DNA of 64,000 bases. It comes from an uncultured Planctomycetaceae bacterium (GTDB taxonomy: Bacteria > Planctomycetota > Planctomycetia > Planctomycetales > Planctomycetaceae). The stretch is taken from assembly GCA_963815195.1 (NCBI GenBank), contig CAWFGE010000012.1, positions 256,001 through 320,000 on the forward strand, in the 5' to 3' direction. Position numbers and translations under genes: made by a program. The notes under the pieces were generated by a model, which ran no database searches, was not told where the DNA came from, and saw only the letters and a program-made list of their open reading frames with translations. Shown in pieces: positions 18,273 to 26,992 of this stretch. The first letter of the stretch is position 1; each line of letters opens with the position of its first letter.

Positions 18273-21200
18273 GAGGTTTCCTCCTGGAGGGCGTCGCTCT
18301 CGATCCGGCGGGTCAAAAGCGGGGTCAATCGGTCGAGTTCGGTTTCCAACTCTGTGCAGGCGGCCGGGGCCTCTTCGAGCCGGCCTTCCTTGGCGAGCGT
18401 CTCCAGATGGAGCGCCGCCGCGGTCGCTTTTTCGGCGGCGAAGATGGCGGCGGAGCCTTTGATGGTGTGGGCCGCCCGCCGCAAGGACTTTGCGTCCCCG
18501 GACGCGAGCGCGTCCTGGCATTCCTTGAGGAGCTTCGGCGTTTCCTCCAGGAACATCGCCGCCATGTCGCGAAGCGCATCGGAGGCGATCTCCGCTTGCC
18601 GAACGGCCTTGTCCCAATCCAAAACCTCGCGCGATTCCGCGGGCGGTTGCGGGGACGGCTTTTCGGCGTCTTGGGGTTTCTGTTTCGGTTCCATGGCGGG
18701 CAATTCCTCGAAAGGCGGGGCGGCGGGATGGGACAGGATTTCTTCGATGGAGGCGAACAACTCGCCGGCGCGGACGGGCTTGGAGACATAGCCGTCCATC
18801 CCGGCGTCGAGGCATTGCTCGCGGTCGCCTTTCATCGCGTGCGCGGTCATGGCGATGATGGGAATGTGATGCCCGCCGTCGTGCTCGTGCTCCCGGTGCC
18901 GGATGGTCTTGGTCGCCGAGAGCCCGTCCATTTCCGGCATTTGCACATCCATCAGAATCAAGTCGAAGGGATGCGATTCCCAAAGCCAAACGGCCTCCCG
19001 GCCGTTGTTCGCCACGGTGACGTGATGTCCGTGCGGCTCGAGCTGCGCGAGCGCGAGCTTTTGATTGACCAGGCTGTCCTCGGCGAGCAGGATTCTTAAA
19101 CGAGGCAGCCGGGCGGCGATTTCGTGGGCGGGGACATCGGACGCGGTCTCGCCCGTCGCGTCGGCCACGCCCAACGTCCTCGCGATGACGTTGAACAACT
19201 CCGATTGCTTGACTGGTTTCGTGAGATACGCCGCGATCCCCAAATCCTGGCAGCGGGAGAGTTCTTCCCGGCGGTCGTTGGAGGTGAGCATCATCGTGAT
19301 CGCGCTCCCTAATCCGGGATCGTGCTGGATGGCCTCGGCGACGCTGAAACCGTCAAGCCCCGGCATGTTCGCGTCGATCAGGATCAGATCGAACGCGTGG
19401 CCTTCATCCAGATGCTTGCGCATTTCGGGCAGGGCCTCTTCGCTGTGGGTAATTGCGACGGGACACATCCGCCAGTTGCGGAGCGTCTCTTCCAGGATGT
19501 CGCAGTTGGTGCGGTTGTCGTCGACGATCAGCACGCGCAAGCCTTCGAGCCGGCCGTCGGGACGGGGGCGTTTCTTCGGGAGTTGATCCGGAGCCGGGAC
19601 GCCGAACCGGACGGTGAAGTGGAACGTGCTGCCTTCGCCGACCTGGCTTTCGAGCCAGATGCGTCCGCCCATGAGTTCCACGAGGCGGGAGCAGATGGCG
19701 AGTCCCAGCCCCGTGCCGCCGTAGCGTCGGCTGATGGATTCGTCGGCCTGCTCGAAGGCTTGGAAGATTTGCTCTTGCTTGTTCTGAGGGATGCCGCAGC
19801 CGGTGTCGCGGACGGAAAAATGCAGCGTGATGTCTTTTTTCGAGCGGGCGTCCTGGACGGCTTCCAGCACGATCTCGCCGGTGTCGGTGAATTTGATCGC
19901 GTTGCCCACGAGGTTGACGAGAATCTGCCTTAAGCGAAAGCGGTCGCCGCCGACGAAATCGGGGACGTCCGATTCGACTTGCCAGGCGAGTTCGACACCT
20001 TTGCGGTGCGCCCGAAGCGCGAGGGACTTCATCGTGTCGCCGATGTTCTCCCGCAAATCGAAGGGGGCGTATTCCAGGTCGAACCGCCCCGCCTCGATTT
20101 TGGAGAAGTCGAGAATGTCGTTGATCACGTTGAGCAGCGAGTCGGCGGACTCCTGAACCATCGTCAGATGCTCGCGTTGGGTCGGGGTCAAATCGGTGTC
20201 CAAAACGAGTTCGGTCATGCCGATGACGGCGTTCATCGGCGTGCGGATTTCGTGGCTCATGTTGGCGAGGAAGCTGCTTTTCGCGCGGTTGGCGGCCTCG
20301 GCGGCTTCTTTGGCGGTTTCGAGTTCCTCTTTCGCGTGTTTTTCCTCGGTGATGTCATGCAGGAACGCGGCGAACAAAAATCCCGAAGCCTGCCGCACCG
20401 GCGAGATGGTGATTTCGATGGGAAACTCGCGCCCGTCGCGGTGCAGCGCGTTGAGTTCGAGCCGGCGGCTGAGCAGCGGCGCCTCGCCGCTCTCCAAAAA
20501 CCGCTCGATGCCGTGGCGGTGCGCATCGCGAAGCGCATGCGGAATGATCAATTCGGGCATGTCCCGCCCCACCGCTTCCGCCGCCGTCCAGCCGAACGTC
20601 GCCTCGGCCTGCCCGTTCCATTCCTGGATCGTGCTGGCTTCGTCGATGGCAATGAACGCCTCGTGCGCTGTCGCGAGGATCTCGCGGTTCTTTTCGTCGC
20701 GGGCCTTGATTTCCTCCTCGATCTTTTTGGCGGCCGTCACGTTCCGCAGCACGATCACGCCGCCGCGCAAATCGCCCCGGTCGTTTTTGAGCGGCGCTCC
20801 GGTAATGCTGATCCAAACATCGTCCGGCAGATTGGGATTGCGGAGGATGAGTTCCTGCCCGTAAATCGACTCGCCCCGCATGGCGCGGGCCAAAGGCAGA
20901 TTCTCCGGCGGATAAAGCGTCCCGCCGTCGGGCTCGTAGCAACCGTAAAACTGGGGCCAATCTTCGGGAGGCACATCCTCGGGCCCGATGCCCACGATCC
21001 CGCGGGCCGCGGGATTCCAGAGCAGAAACTTTCCGAATTGGTCCGCGACGATCACGCCGTCGTTCATGCTGTCCATGATGGATTGCAGAATGCGCGTCTG
21101 CCGACGGAGTTCTTTTTGGGCTTCGGTGAGTTGGGTGGTTCGCTGTTTGACGCGGTCCTCCAAGCGGTCGCGGGCCTCGGCGAGCTGCTCGGCCATGCGG

Positions 21201-22345
21201 TTGAACGCCGTCCCCAACAGGCCGATTTCATCCCGCGAGGTCACCGGCACGCGGGCATCCAGATCGCCTTGGGCAATGGTGGCGGCGGCTTCGGTCAGGC
21301 GGAAGATCGGCCGCGTCAACCGCCGGGCCAACACAAACGAAGCGATCGCCCCCAAAAGGACGAGGAGGCATTGCAGCCCGATCAGCGTGTTGCGGAGCCG
21401 GGTGACCGGGGCATAGGCTTCGTCCAAATCCATCTTGGCGACCAGGCCCCAGGGGGGATTCTTGTCCGGCTGATAGGAGACCGGCTGGTACGCGGCCAAC
21501 ACGTCGGTTCCATGATAATGCGTGACCTCGGCCCCTTGCTCGCCGTTCAAAGCCCGCGCCATTGGCGGAACATTCCACAGGGGCTCGCTCGAGCCCTTTT
21601 CCCCCGCGGACGAGAACAAAAAGTGGACCGCGTCGCCGCTCCGCCGGCCCACGCGGATCTCGCCGGTCTTCTCCAACCCCGTGCGGTCCTCGACTAAGCT
21701 CCAAAGCCGGGTCGCGTTGTGCTGGACCATCACCACGCCGAGCAAATGATTTTGCTCGCTGCGGATCGGCACCGCGGCATAGGCCAGCCAATTTCCGTCG
21801 ACTTTCTGCGGCACCCCGAGGTGCGGCCGGGTTCGTCCCGCGAGAAAATCCGGATCGTCGGCAAACGACCAGTCCAGATGCGCCGGCTCGGAGGCGGCGA
21901 TCACGTTGCCTTGCGGATTGGTCACCCAGATTTCGTGAATGTTGAGCGTGTTTTCTTGCGCATCCCGCAGAATCTGATCCGCGTTCTTGCGAAACTCCGT
22001 CGGCGTGCTCTTGCCGGTCGCATAATCCTGCAGGAGTTCCACCAGCCGGGTCCGCCCCGCGACCAAGGCCGCCCGTTCGAGTTGCTGATGGGCGTAGGAT
22101 TCCAATCGGGCCGAGCGTTCCGAAGCAATCAACTTCAGCCGATTGTGGATGTTGTCGTGGAGGATGTTTCGCGCGGTGACATACGCCAGGTGCCCCAGGA
22201 GGCCGGCCGTCAGAATCACCACCGTCGCCACGAACAACGTATTTCGCACCAACAGGGAGTGCGGCAGGCGAATGCGGTGTTGGGGCGCCGGGAATTCCGC
22301 GGAATTTGTCTCTGGTTCGTCTCGATCATGCGAGCTCGTCTGCAT
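18269..22345 (-). CDS. Hybrid sensor histidine kinase (periplasmic Cache-like, HAMP, 2 PAS, HisKA, HATPase, 2 REC, Hpt)
   Basis: Two TM helices; DEIGLLGTAFNRM; FLANMSHEIRTPMN; NLVGNAIKFT, DTGCGI, GTGLGLAI; LILIDANMP and LILMDVQMP; AHTIKGSA. Confidence 0.95.
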   Translation of the reverse strand: MQTSSHDRDEPETNSAEFPAPQHRIRLPHSLLVRNTLFVATVVILTAGLLGHLAYVTARNILHDNIHNRLKLIASERSARLESYAHQQLERAALVAGRTRLVELLQDYATGKSTPTEFRKNADQILRDAQENTLNIHEIWVTNPQGNVIAASEPAHLDWSFADDPDFLAGRTRPHLGVPQKVDGNWLAYAAVPIRSEQNHLLGVVMVQHNATRLWSLVEDRTGLEKTGEIRVGRRSGDAVHFLFSSAGEKGSSEPLWNVPPMARALNGEQGAEVTHYHGTDVLAAYQPVSYQPDKNPPWGLVAKMDLDEAYAPVTRLRNTLIGLQCLLVLLGAIASFVLARRLTRPIFRLTEAAATIAQGDLDARVPVTSRDEIGLLGTAFNRMAEQLAEARDRLEDRVKQRTTQLTEAQKELRRQTRILQSIMDSMNDGVIVADQFGKFLLWNPAARGIVGIGPEDVPPEDWPQFYGCYEPDGGTLYPPENLPLARAMRGESIYGQELILRNPNLPDDVWISITGAPLKNDRGDLRGGVIVLRNVTAAKKIEEEIKARDEKNREILATAHEAFIAIDEASTIQEWNGQAEATFGWTAAEAVGRDMPELIIPHALRDAHRHGIERFLESGEAPLLSRRLELNALHRDGREFPIEITISPVRQASGFLFAAFLHDITEEKHAKEELETAKEAAEAANRAKSSFLANMSHEIRTPMNAVIGMTELVLDTDLTPTQREHLTMVQESADSLLNVINDILDFSKIEAGRFDLEYAPFDLRENIGDTMKSLALRAHRKGVELAWQVESDVPDFVGGDRFRLRQILVNLVGNAIKFTDTGEIVLEAVQDARSKKDITLHFSVRDTGCGIPQNKQEQIFQAFEQADESISRRYGGTGLGLAICSRLVELMGGRIWLESQVGEGSTFHFTVRFGVPAPDQLPKKRPRPDGRLEGLRVLIVDDNRTNCDILEETLRNWRMCPVAITHSEEALPEMRKHLDEGHAFDLILIDANMPGLDGFSVAEAIQHDPGLGSAITMMLTSNDRREELSRCQDLGIAAYLTKPVKQSELFNVIARTLGVADATGETASDVPAHEIAARLPRLRILLAEDSLVNQKLALAQLEPHGHHVTVANNGREAVWLWESHPFDLILMDVQMPEMDGLSATKTIRHREHEHDGGHHIPIIAMTAHAMKGDREQCLDAGMDGYVSKPVRAGELFASIEEILSHPAAPPFEELPAMEPKQKPQDAEKPSPQPPAESREVLDWDKAVRQAEIASDALRDMAAMFLEETPKLLKECQDALASGDAKSLRRAAHTIKGSAAIFAAEKATAAALHLETLAKEGRLEEAPAACTELETELDRLTPLLTRRIESDALQEETS

Positions 22346-22366
22346 GGCGTCCCCTTAGGAGAAAGA

Positions 22367-22506
22367 ACCGCCCTGAGTTTGAATTTTAGGACCCGCCGCC
22401 CCGGCCGGCAAGACCCTAACGAAAGTTCTCCAGGAGGCGGAAGTCCCGACCAGGGAAGGATTTCAGCTCAGCCGCCCGCGGCCGGAACCAGCGGGACTCA
22501 GGCGGT
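22367..22506 (-). ncRNA. Candidate structured RNA or leader upstream of the histidine kinase
   Basis: Nested stems accgcc(c)tgagt/actcaggcggt and cccgcUggUUccggccg/cggccggGGcGgcggg, with G-U pairs only on the minus strand. Confidence 0.3.
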
Positions 22507-24296
22507 CACTGCTCGGAGCGACGTTCGGACGGGCCGTGCTTCACCGAGAGATTCCGGGCCGTGTTGATTAAGGCCACGTGGGAAAACGCCTGGGGAAAAT
22601 TTCCGAGGAAACACTGCGTCTCCGGGTCGTATTCTTCCGACAAGAGGCCAACATCGTTCCGCAACGAGAGCAACCGCTCGAATAGTTCCCGGGCTTCGTC
22701 CCGCCGGCCCTGCATGGCGAGCGCGTCGGCGAGCCAGAACGTGCACATCAGAAACGTCCCCTCGCTGCCCGCGAGCCCGTCCACGCCCGACTCCGCATTG
22801 TAGCGAAGCACGAATCCGTCCCGCTTCAAATCCTCCTGAATCGCTTCGACCGTGCCTTGAATCCGCGGATCTTCCGGCGGCAGAAAGCCGACCATCGGCA
22901 ACACAAGCAGGCTCGCATCCAGATTGTGCGAGCCGTAAGACTGCGTGAAGGAATTCCTCGCCTTATTGAAGCCGTGCGCGCACACATCGTCGTGAATCTC
23001 CTTTCGCACCGTCCGCCATTTCTCCGCCGGGCCGTCCAGATGGAATTGCTCGACGCCTTTGATGGCCCGATCGAAGGCCACCCACGCCATGACTTTGGAA
23101 TAGGTAAACTGCCTCCGTTCCGAGCGGATTTCCCAGATGCCTTCGTCGGGCTCTTTCCAGACGGTCTCCAGGTGGTTCATCAGGACGCGCTGCATGTTCC
23201 AGACGTGCTCTTGGGGGGGCAGCCCGCGCTTCTGCGCCAGATGCAGCGTGTCCATCAATTCGCCGAACACGTCCAACTGGAGCTGCGAATGGGCCTGATT
23301 GCCAACGCGCACCGGCTTGGAATTTCCGTAACCGGAAAGCCAGGGGACTTGGAACTCCGGCAGCCAGCGCTCGCCCGCGACGCCGTACAACGGTTGAATC
23401 CGCGACGGCCGCCCGGCGACGGCCCGCATCAGCCAATCCCGCCAGGCCACTGCTTCCTCCGTGAACCCGGAGTCGAGCAAGGCATATAACGTCAAGGTGG
23501 CGTCCCGCAGCCAGCAGAAGCGGTAGTCCCAATTTCGTTCGCCGCCCAAATTCTCGGGGAGCGACGTGGTCAGGGCCGCGATCATTCCGCCCGTCGGCTG
23601 GTAAATCAAGGCTTTGAGCGTGATGAGCGAACGGACCACGGCATCCCGCCACGGGCCTTTGTAGTTGCATTGGCTGGCCCAGTCCTTCCACCAGTCTTCG
23701 GTGCTCCTGAGCAGTTTCAGCGGATCGGTCTTCTCCGGGGCCGGCGTATGGGATGGATACCACGTGAGGCTGAAAGATTTCCGCTCCCCCGCGCGAATTT
23801 CAAAATCGGCCCGCGTCCGGAAATCTTCGCCCCGCATCTCGACGTCTGAGTGGATGAGCATGGCATCGGGCCCGGCAATGGCAATCAGGCTGTCGTCAAT
23901 CCGCCGCACCCAAGGCGTCACCGTGCCGTAGTCCAGCCGGATGACAAGTTCCATCTCCAAGGGCACCGTGCCCTCGCGGCCTTCGATGATCCGCACCACG
24001 TCGGCGACTTCGACCTCGAGCGACATAAAATCGATGATGGCCACCGTCCCGCTGTCCGTTTCGAACTCGGTTTCCAGAACCAGCGTGTCGCCACGGTATT
24101 TGCGTTTCTGATTTCGGACCTTGCCTTTGGGGCGAATCCGCCAGCGGCCGTTCTCGGCGTCGCCCAACAGCGCCGCGAAGCACGCCCCGGAATCAAACCG
24201 GGGCAGACACAACCAGTCGATGGATCCGTCCCGCGAAACGAGCCCTCCGGTTTGCCCGTCTCCAATGATCGCATAGTCTTCGATGCGCGATTTCAT
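22506..24296 (-). CDS. Glycoside hydrolase family 15 (trehalase/glucoamylase-like)
   Basis: IEDYAIIGD, TTSLPE..GGERNWDYRFCWLRD, DEGIWE, GNFPQAFSH. Confidence 0.95.
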   Translation of the reverse strand: MKSRIEDYAIIGDGQTGGLVSRDGSIDWLCLPRFDSGACFAALLGDAENGRWRIRPKGKVRNQKRKYRGDTLVLETEFETDSGTVAIIDFMSLEVEVADVVRIIEGREGTVPLEMELVIRLDYGTVTPWVRRIDDSLIAIAGPDAMLIHSDVEMRGEDFRTRADFEIRAGERKSFSLTWYPSHTPAPEKTDPLKLLRSTEDWWKDWASQCNYKGPWRDAVVRSLITLKALIYQPTGGMIAALTTSLPENLGGERNWDYRFCWLRDATLTLYALLDSGFTEEAVAWRDWLMRAVAGRPSRIQPLYGVAGERWLPEFQVPWLSGYGNSKPVRVGNQAHSQLQLDVFGELMDTLHLAQKRGLPPQEHVWNMQRVLMNHLETVWKEPDEGIWEIRSERRQFTYSKVMAWVAFDRAIKGVEQFHLDGPAEKWRTVRKEIHDDVCAHGFNKARNSFTQSYGSHNLDASLLVLPMVGFLPPEDPRIQGTVEAIQEDLKRDGFVLRYNAESGVDGLAGSEGTFLMCTFWLADALAMQGRRDEARELFERLLSLRNDVGLLSEEYDPETQCFLGNFPQAFSHVALINTARNLSVKHGPSERRSEQ

Positions 24297-24690
24297 AAGG
24301 TTCGGCTATTAACCTGGGGAACGATGGGTTTCGGGCGCCTAAGTCTTGGTGAAACCAAACCGCCGCTCCGATGACAAAACATGATTTTGTGCCCCATGAT
24401 TCTGTGATCTTAACATCGTGTGCTCGGCGGTGCCAAGAACTGGCTGCGGCCGGCTTTCGGCGACACCGCCCGTGCCGCGAGGCATTCTGCATTTGCAGCA
24501 TACCCGGAACGGAAAGGCGGGCGTAGGGGAGGTTTCCCGTGCGGTTTGCCGAGACGTTCCCGACTCTTTCCTGGGAGTTCCTTCCAGGCGTGATCGCCTT
24601 CCCCGCCCGATAGCCCGCCGCCAGCCGCGCGGGACAATACATCTATCCCGATTTGCCCATTGGCTGACACAGCGCGAAAAGGAACCCTCA

Positions 24691-25068
24691 ATGACGCCCA
24701 TCGGACATAAACGCTGGACCATCGCGGAGGGCTACATCCCGGGCTGGAGCCACGGCCCGGAACCGCAAATGACCAGCCACGAAACGGCGTGCATCTTGAA
24801 TGCGGGCGATGAAGACGCCGAGGTGCGAATGTTCGTGTTCTTCAGCGACCGCGATCCCGCCGGGCCGTACAAGTTCACGGTGCCGGCTCAGCGGACGAAG
24901 CACGTTCGGTTCAACGAACTCAAGGACCCCGAACCGATCCCCAAGGACACCGACTACGCGAGCGTGATCGAGTCGAACGTGCCGATCGTGGTGCAGCATT
25001 CGCGGCTCGATTCGCGCCAGGCGGAGAACGCCCTCGTCAGCACGATCGCCTTCGCCGAGCGGGATTGA
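24691..25068 (+). CDS. Anabaena sensory rhodopsin transducer (ASRT) family protein
   Basis: IGHKRWTIAEGYIP...SHETACILN...RTKHVRFNEL.DPEPIP...VVQHSRLDSRQ. Confidence 0.88.
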   Translation: MTPIGHKRWTIAEGYIPGWSHGPEPQMTSHETACILNAGDEDAEVRMFVFFSDRDPAGPYKFTVPAQRTKHVRFNELKDPEPIPKDTDYASVIESNVPIVVQHSRLDSRQAENALVSTIAFAERD

Positions 25069-25114
25069 AGCCCCATTCACACACAAACCTGAAAACGAAC
25101 GGAGTGAAACTCTC

Positions 25115-25574
25115 ATGGAAACCACCTACCAAATGCCCCCCACCACAAGGCGGGTTGAAGAACATACCTCGGACGAAATCAACGAGCGGATTCGGCGGGA
25201 CACCGATGAACGGATTGCGGTGTACTTCGCGGCGGGCCGCGCGGCGATCGAACGCGCGGCTCGAGCAGCTCGACCACGAATGGGACATCGAGCGGGTCTT
25301 GGAAGCGAACGCCGCGTCGGTCTCGCTGGCGGGGTTCGTCTTGGGAGCGACGTTGAGCCGCAAATTTCTCGCGCTGCCTGCCGTGGTGTCGGGTTTTCTC
25401 TTGCAGCATGCGATCCAAGGCTGGTGCCCGCCGGTGCCGTTCTTCCGCCGCCGGGGCTTTCGCACCGCGCGGGAAATCGAGGAAGAACGCATCGCGCTCA
25501 AGGCGTTGCGCGAGGACTTCGACGGCATTTCCCAAAAAAGCGTGCCGGAGATTATGGAGGCGGTCCGCCGGTAA
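25115..25574 (+). CDS. DUF2892/YgaP-like membrane protein; frameshift near 25255
   Basis: RVEEHT..EINERI, then in the second frame EWDIERVLEANA...FLLQHAIQGWCPP..FFRRRGFRT. Confidence 0.8.
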
Positions 25575-25747
25575 GAGCCCGCGGGAATGAATTTCGGCGA
25601 ACAACTCGGTCCTGGAAAAACCGGGAGTGCGACGCCCTCAGTCACACTCAGGCTCGTGCCATCCATGACGAGACGGGCGGGATCTGTTTGCGAACGCCGG
25701 CAGTTCACCGGGGGGGACCGTTGAGGCCGGACCAGAGAGCAAGCCCC

Positions 25748-26857
25748 ATGTTGCACACAAACATCGACAAACTCGAAGTCACCGCCTACCAGGTGCCCAC
25801 CGATCAACCGGAATCGGATGGAACCTTGAAGTGGGATTCCACGACGATGGTCCTGGTGACGGTGTCCGCGGGCGGCGAGCGCGGGTTGGGTTATACCTAC
25901 TCGCAGACCGCGGCCGCCCGGCTGATCGCCGACAAGTTCCGCGATCAAATCGTCGGCGAGGACCCGCTGGAAGTCACACGGCTTAGCGAAAACTGTTATC
26001 GGACAGCCCGCAACCTGGGCCGGCCGGGGATCGTGGCCAGCGCCATCTCGGCGGTCGATGCGGCTTTGTGGGACCTCAAAGCCCGGCTGCTGGACTTGCC
26101 CTTGGTCCGCCTGCTCGGCCAGGTGCGGGATGAAATCGACATCTACGGCAGCGGCGGCTTTACGTCGTACTCCATCGAGCAGTTCCGGGAGCAATTGGGC
26201 GGCTGGGTGGAACAGGGAATCCCCCGCGTCAAAATGAAGATCGGCCGCGATCCCCAACACGACGTGCACCGCGTCTCCGAAGCCCGCAAAGCAATCGGCG
26301 CGAAGGCCGAACTCTTTGTGGATGCCAATGGAGCCTACGATCGCAAGCAGGCTTTGGCCAAGGCGGAAGACTTTGCGGGATTTGGGGTCAGTTGGTTCGA
26401 GGAGCCGGTGAGTTCGGACGACCTCGCGGGGCTGCGCTTGCTGCGGGACCGCGCACCGGCGGGCATGGACATCACGTCGGGCGAGTACGGCGACGACCGG
26501 TTTTATTTCAAACGGATGCTGGACGCCGGAGCCGTCGATGTGCTCCAGCCGGACGCCACGCGGTGCGGCGGCGTGACGGGGTTCCTCGCCGCGGCGGAAT
26601 TGTGCCGAGCCCAGCCGCTGCCGCTCTCGGCCCACACCGCGCCGTCGCTGCATCGGCATCTGTGCTGCGCGGCGATGCCCGCCCGGCATATCGAGTATTT
26701 CCACGATCACGTCCGCATCGAGCAGATGTTCTTCGACGGAGCAGCCAAGCAAGTCGGCGGCAAGCTGGGTCCCGATCCGTCAAGACCGGGTTGGGGACTG
26801 GAACTCAAACAACCCGACGCGGACAAGTACGCCGTCTGGCGAAACACCGGAGAATGA
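25748..26857 (+). CDS. Mandelate racemase/muconate lactonizing enzyme family (enolase superfamily)
   Basis: VDAALWDL, KMK, VDANG, WFEEP, GEY, QPD..RCGG. Confidence 0.92.
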   Translation: MLHTNIDKLEVTAYQVPTDQPESDGTLKWDSTTMVLVTVSAGGERGLGYTYSQTAAARLIADKFRDQIVGEDPLEVTRLSENCYRTARNLGRPGIVASAISAVDAALWDLKARLLDLPLVRLLGQVRDEIDIYGSGGFTSYSIEQFREQLGGWVEQGIPRVKMKIGRDPQHDVHRVSEARKAIGAKAELFVDANGAYDRKQALAKAEDFAGFGVSWFEEPVSSDDLAGLRLLRDRAPAGMDITSGEYGDDRFYFKRMLDAGAVDVLQPDATRCGGVTGFLAAAELCRAQPLPLSAHTAPSLHRHLCCAAMPARHIEYFHDHVRIEQMFFDGAAKQVGGKLGPDPSRPGWGLELKQPDADKYAVWRNTGE

Positions 26858-26992
26858 TGAAGCGAAGGAAAACCGGAGTTTGGGTGGCCCGTCCCTGAGC
26901 GTAGCGATCGCAGAGACCACACCCACCAGAAAATAAAACGCCGGGCGAGTTGAATCGCCTGGCGCGAATGTCAGCACAACCAAGGAGAACCC

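Noticed and set aside
18273..18989. N-terminal 239-aa extension of the REC-GDH ORF in the track
   Set aside because: It overlaps the kinase in another frame and is Arg/Pro-rich junk; the true start is ATG 18272 after GGAGG
24691..25068. Light sensing implied by ASRT
   Set aside because: No rhodopsin or retinal genes in the window
25115..26857. 580-aa DUF2892-enolase fusion
   Set aside because: Frameshift artefact; the DUF2892 gene ends at 25574 and the enolase-family gene starts at 25748
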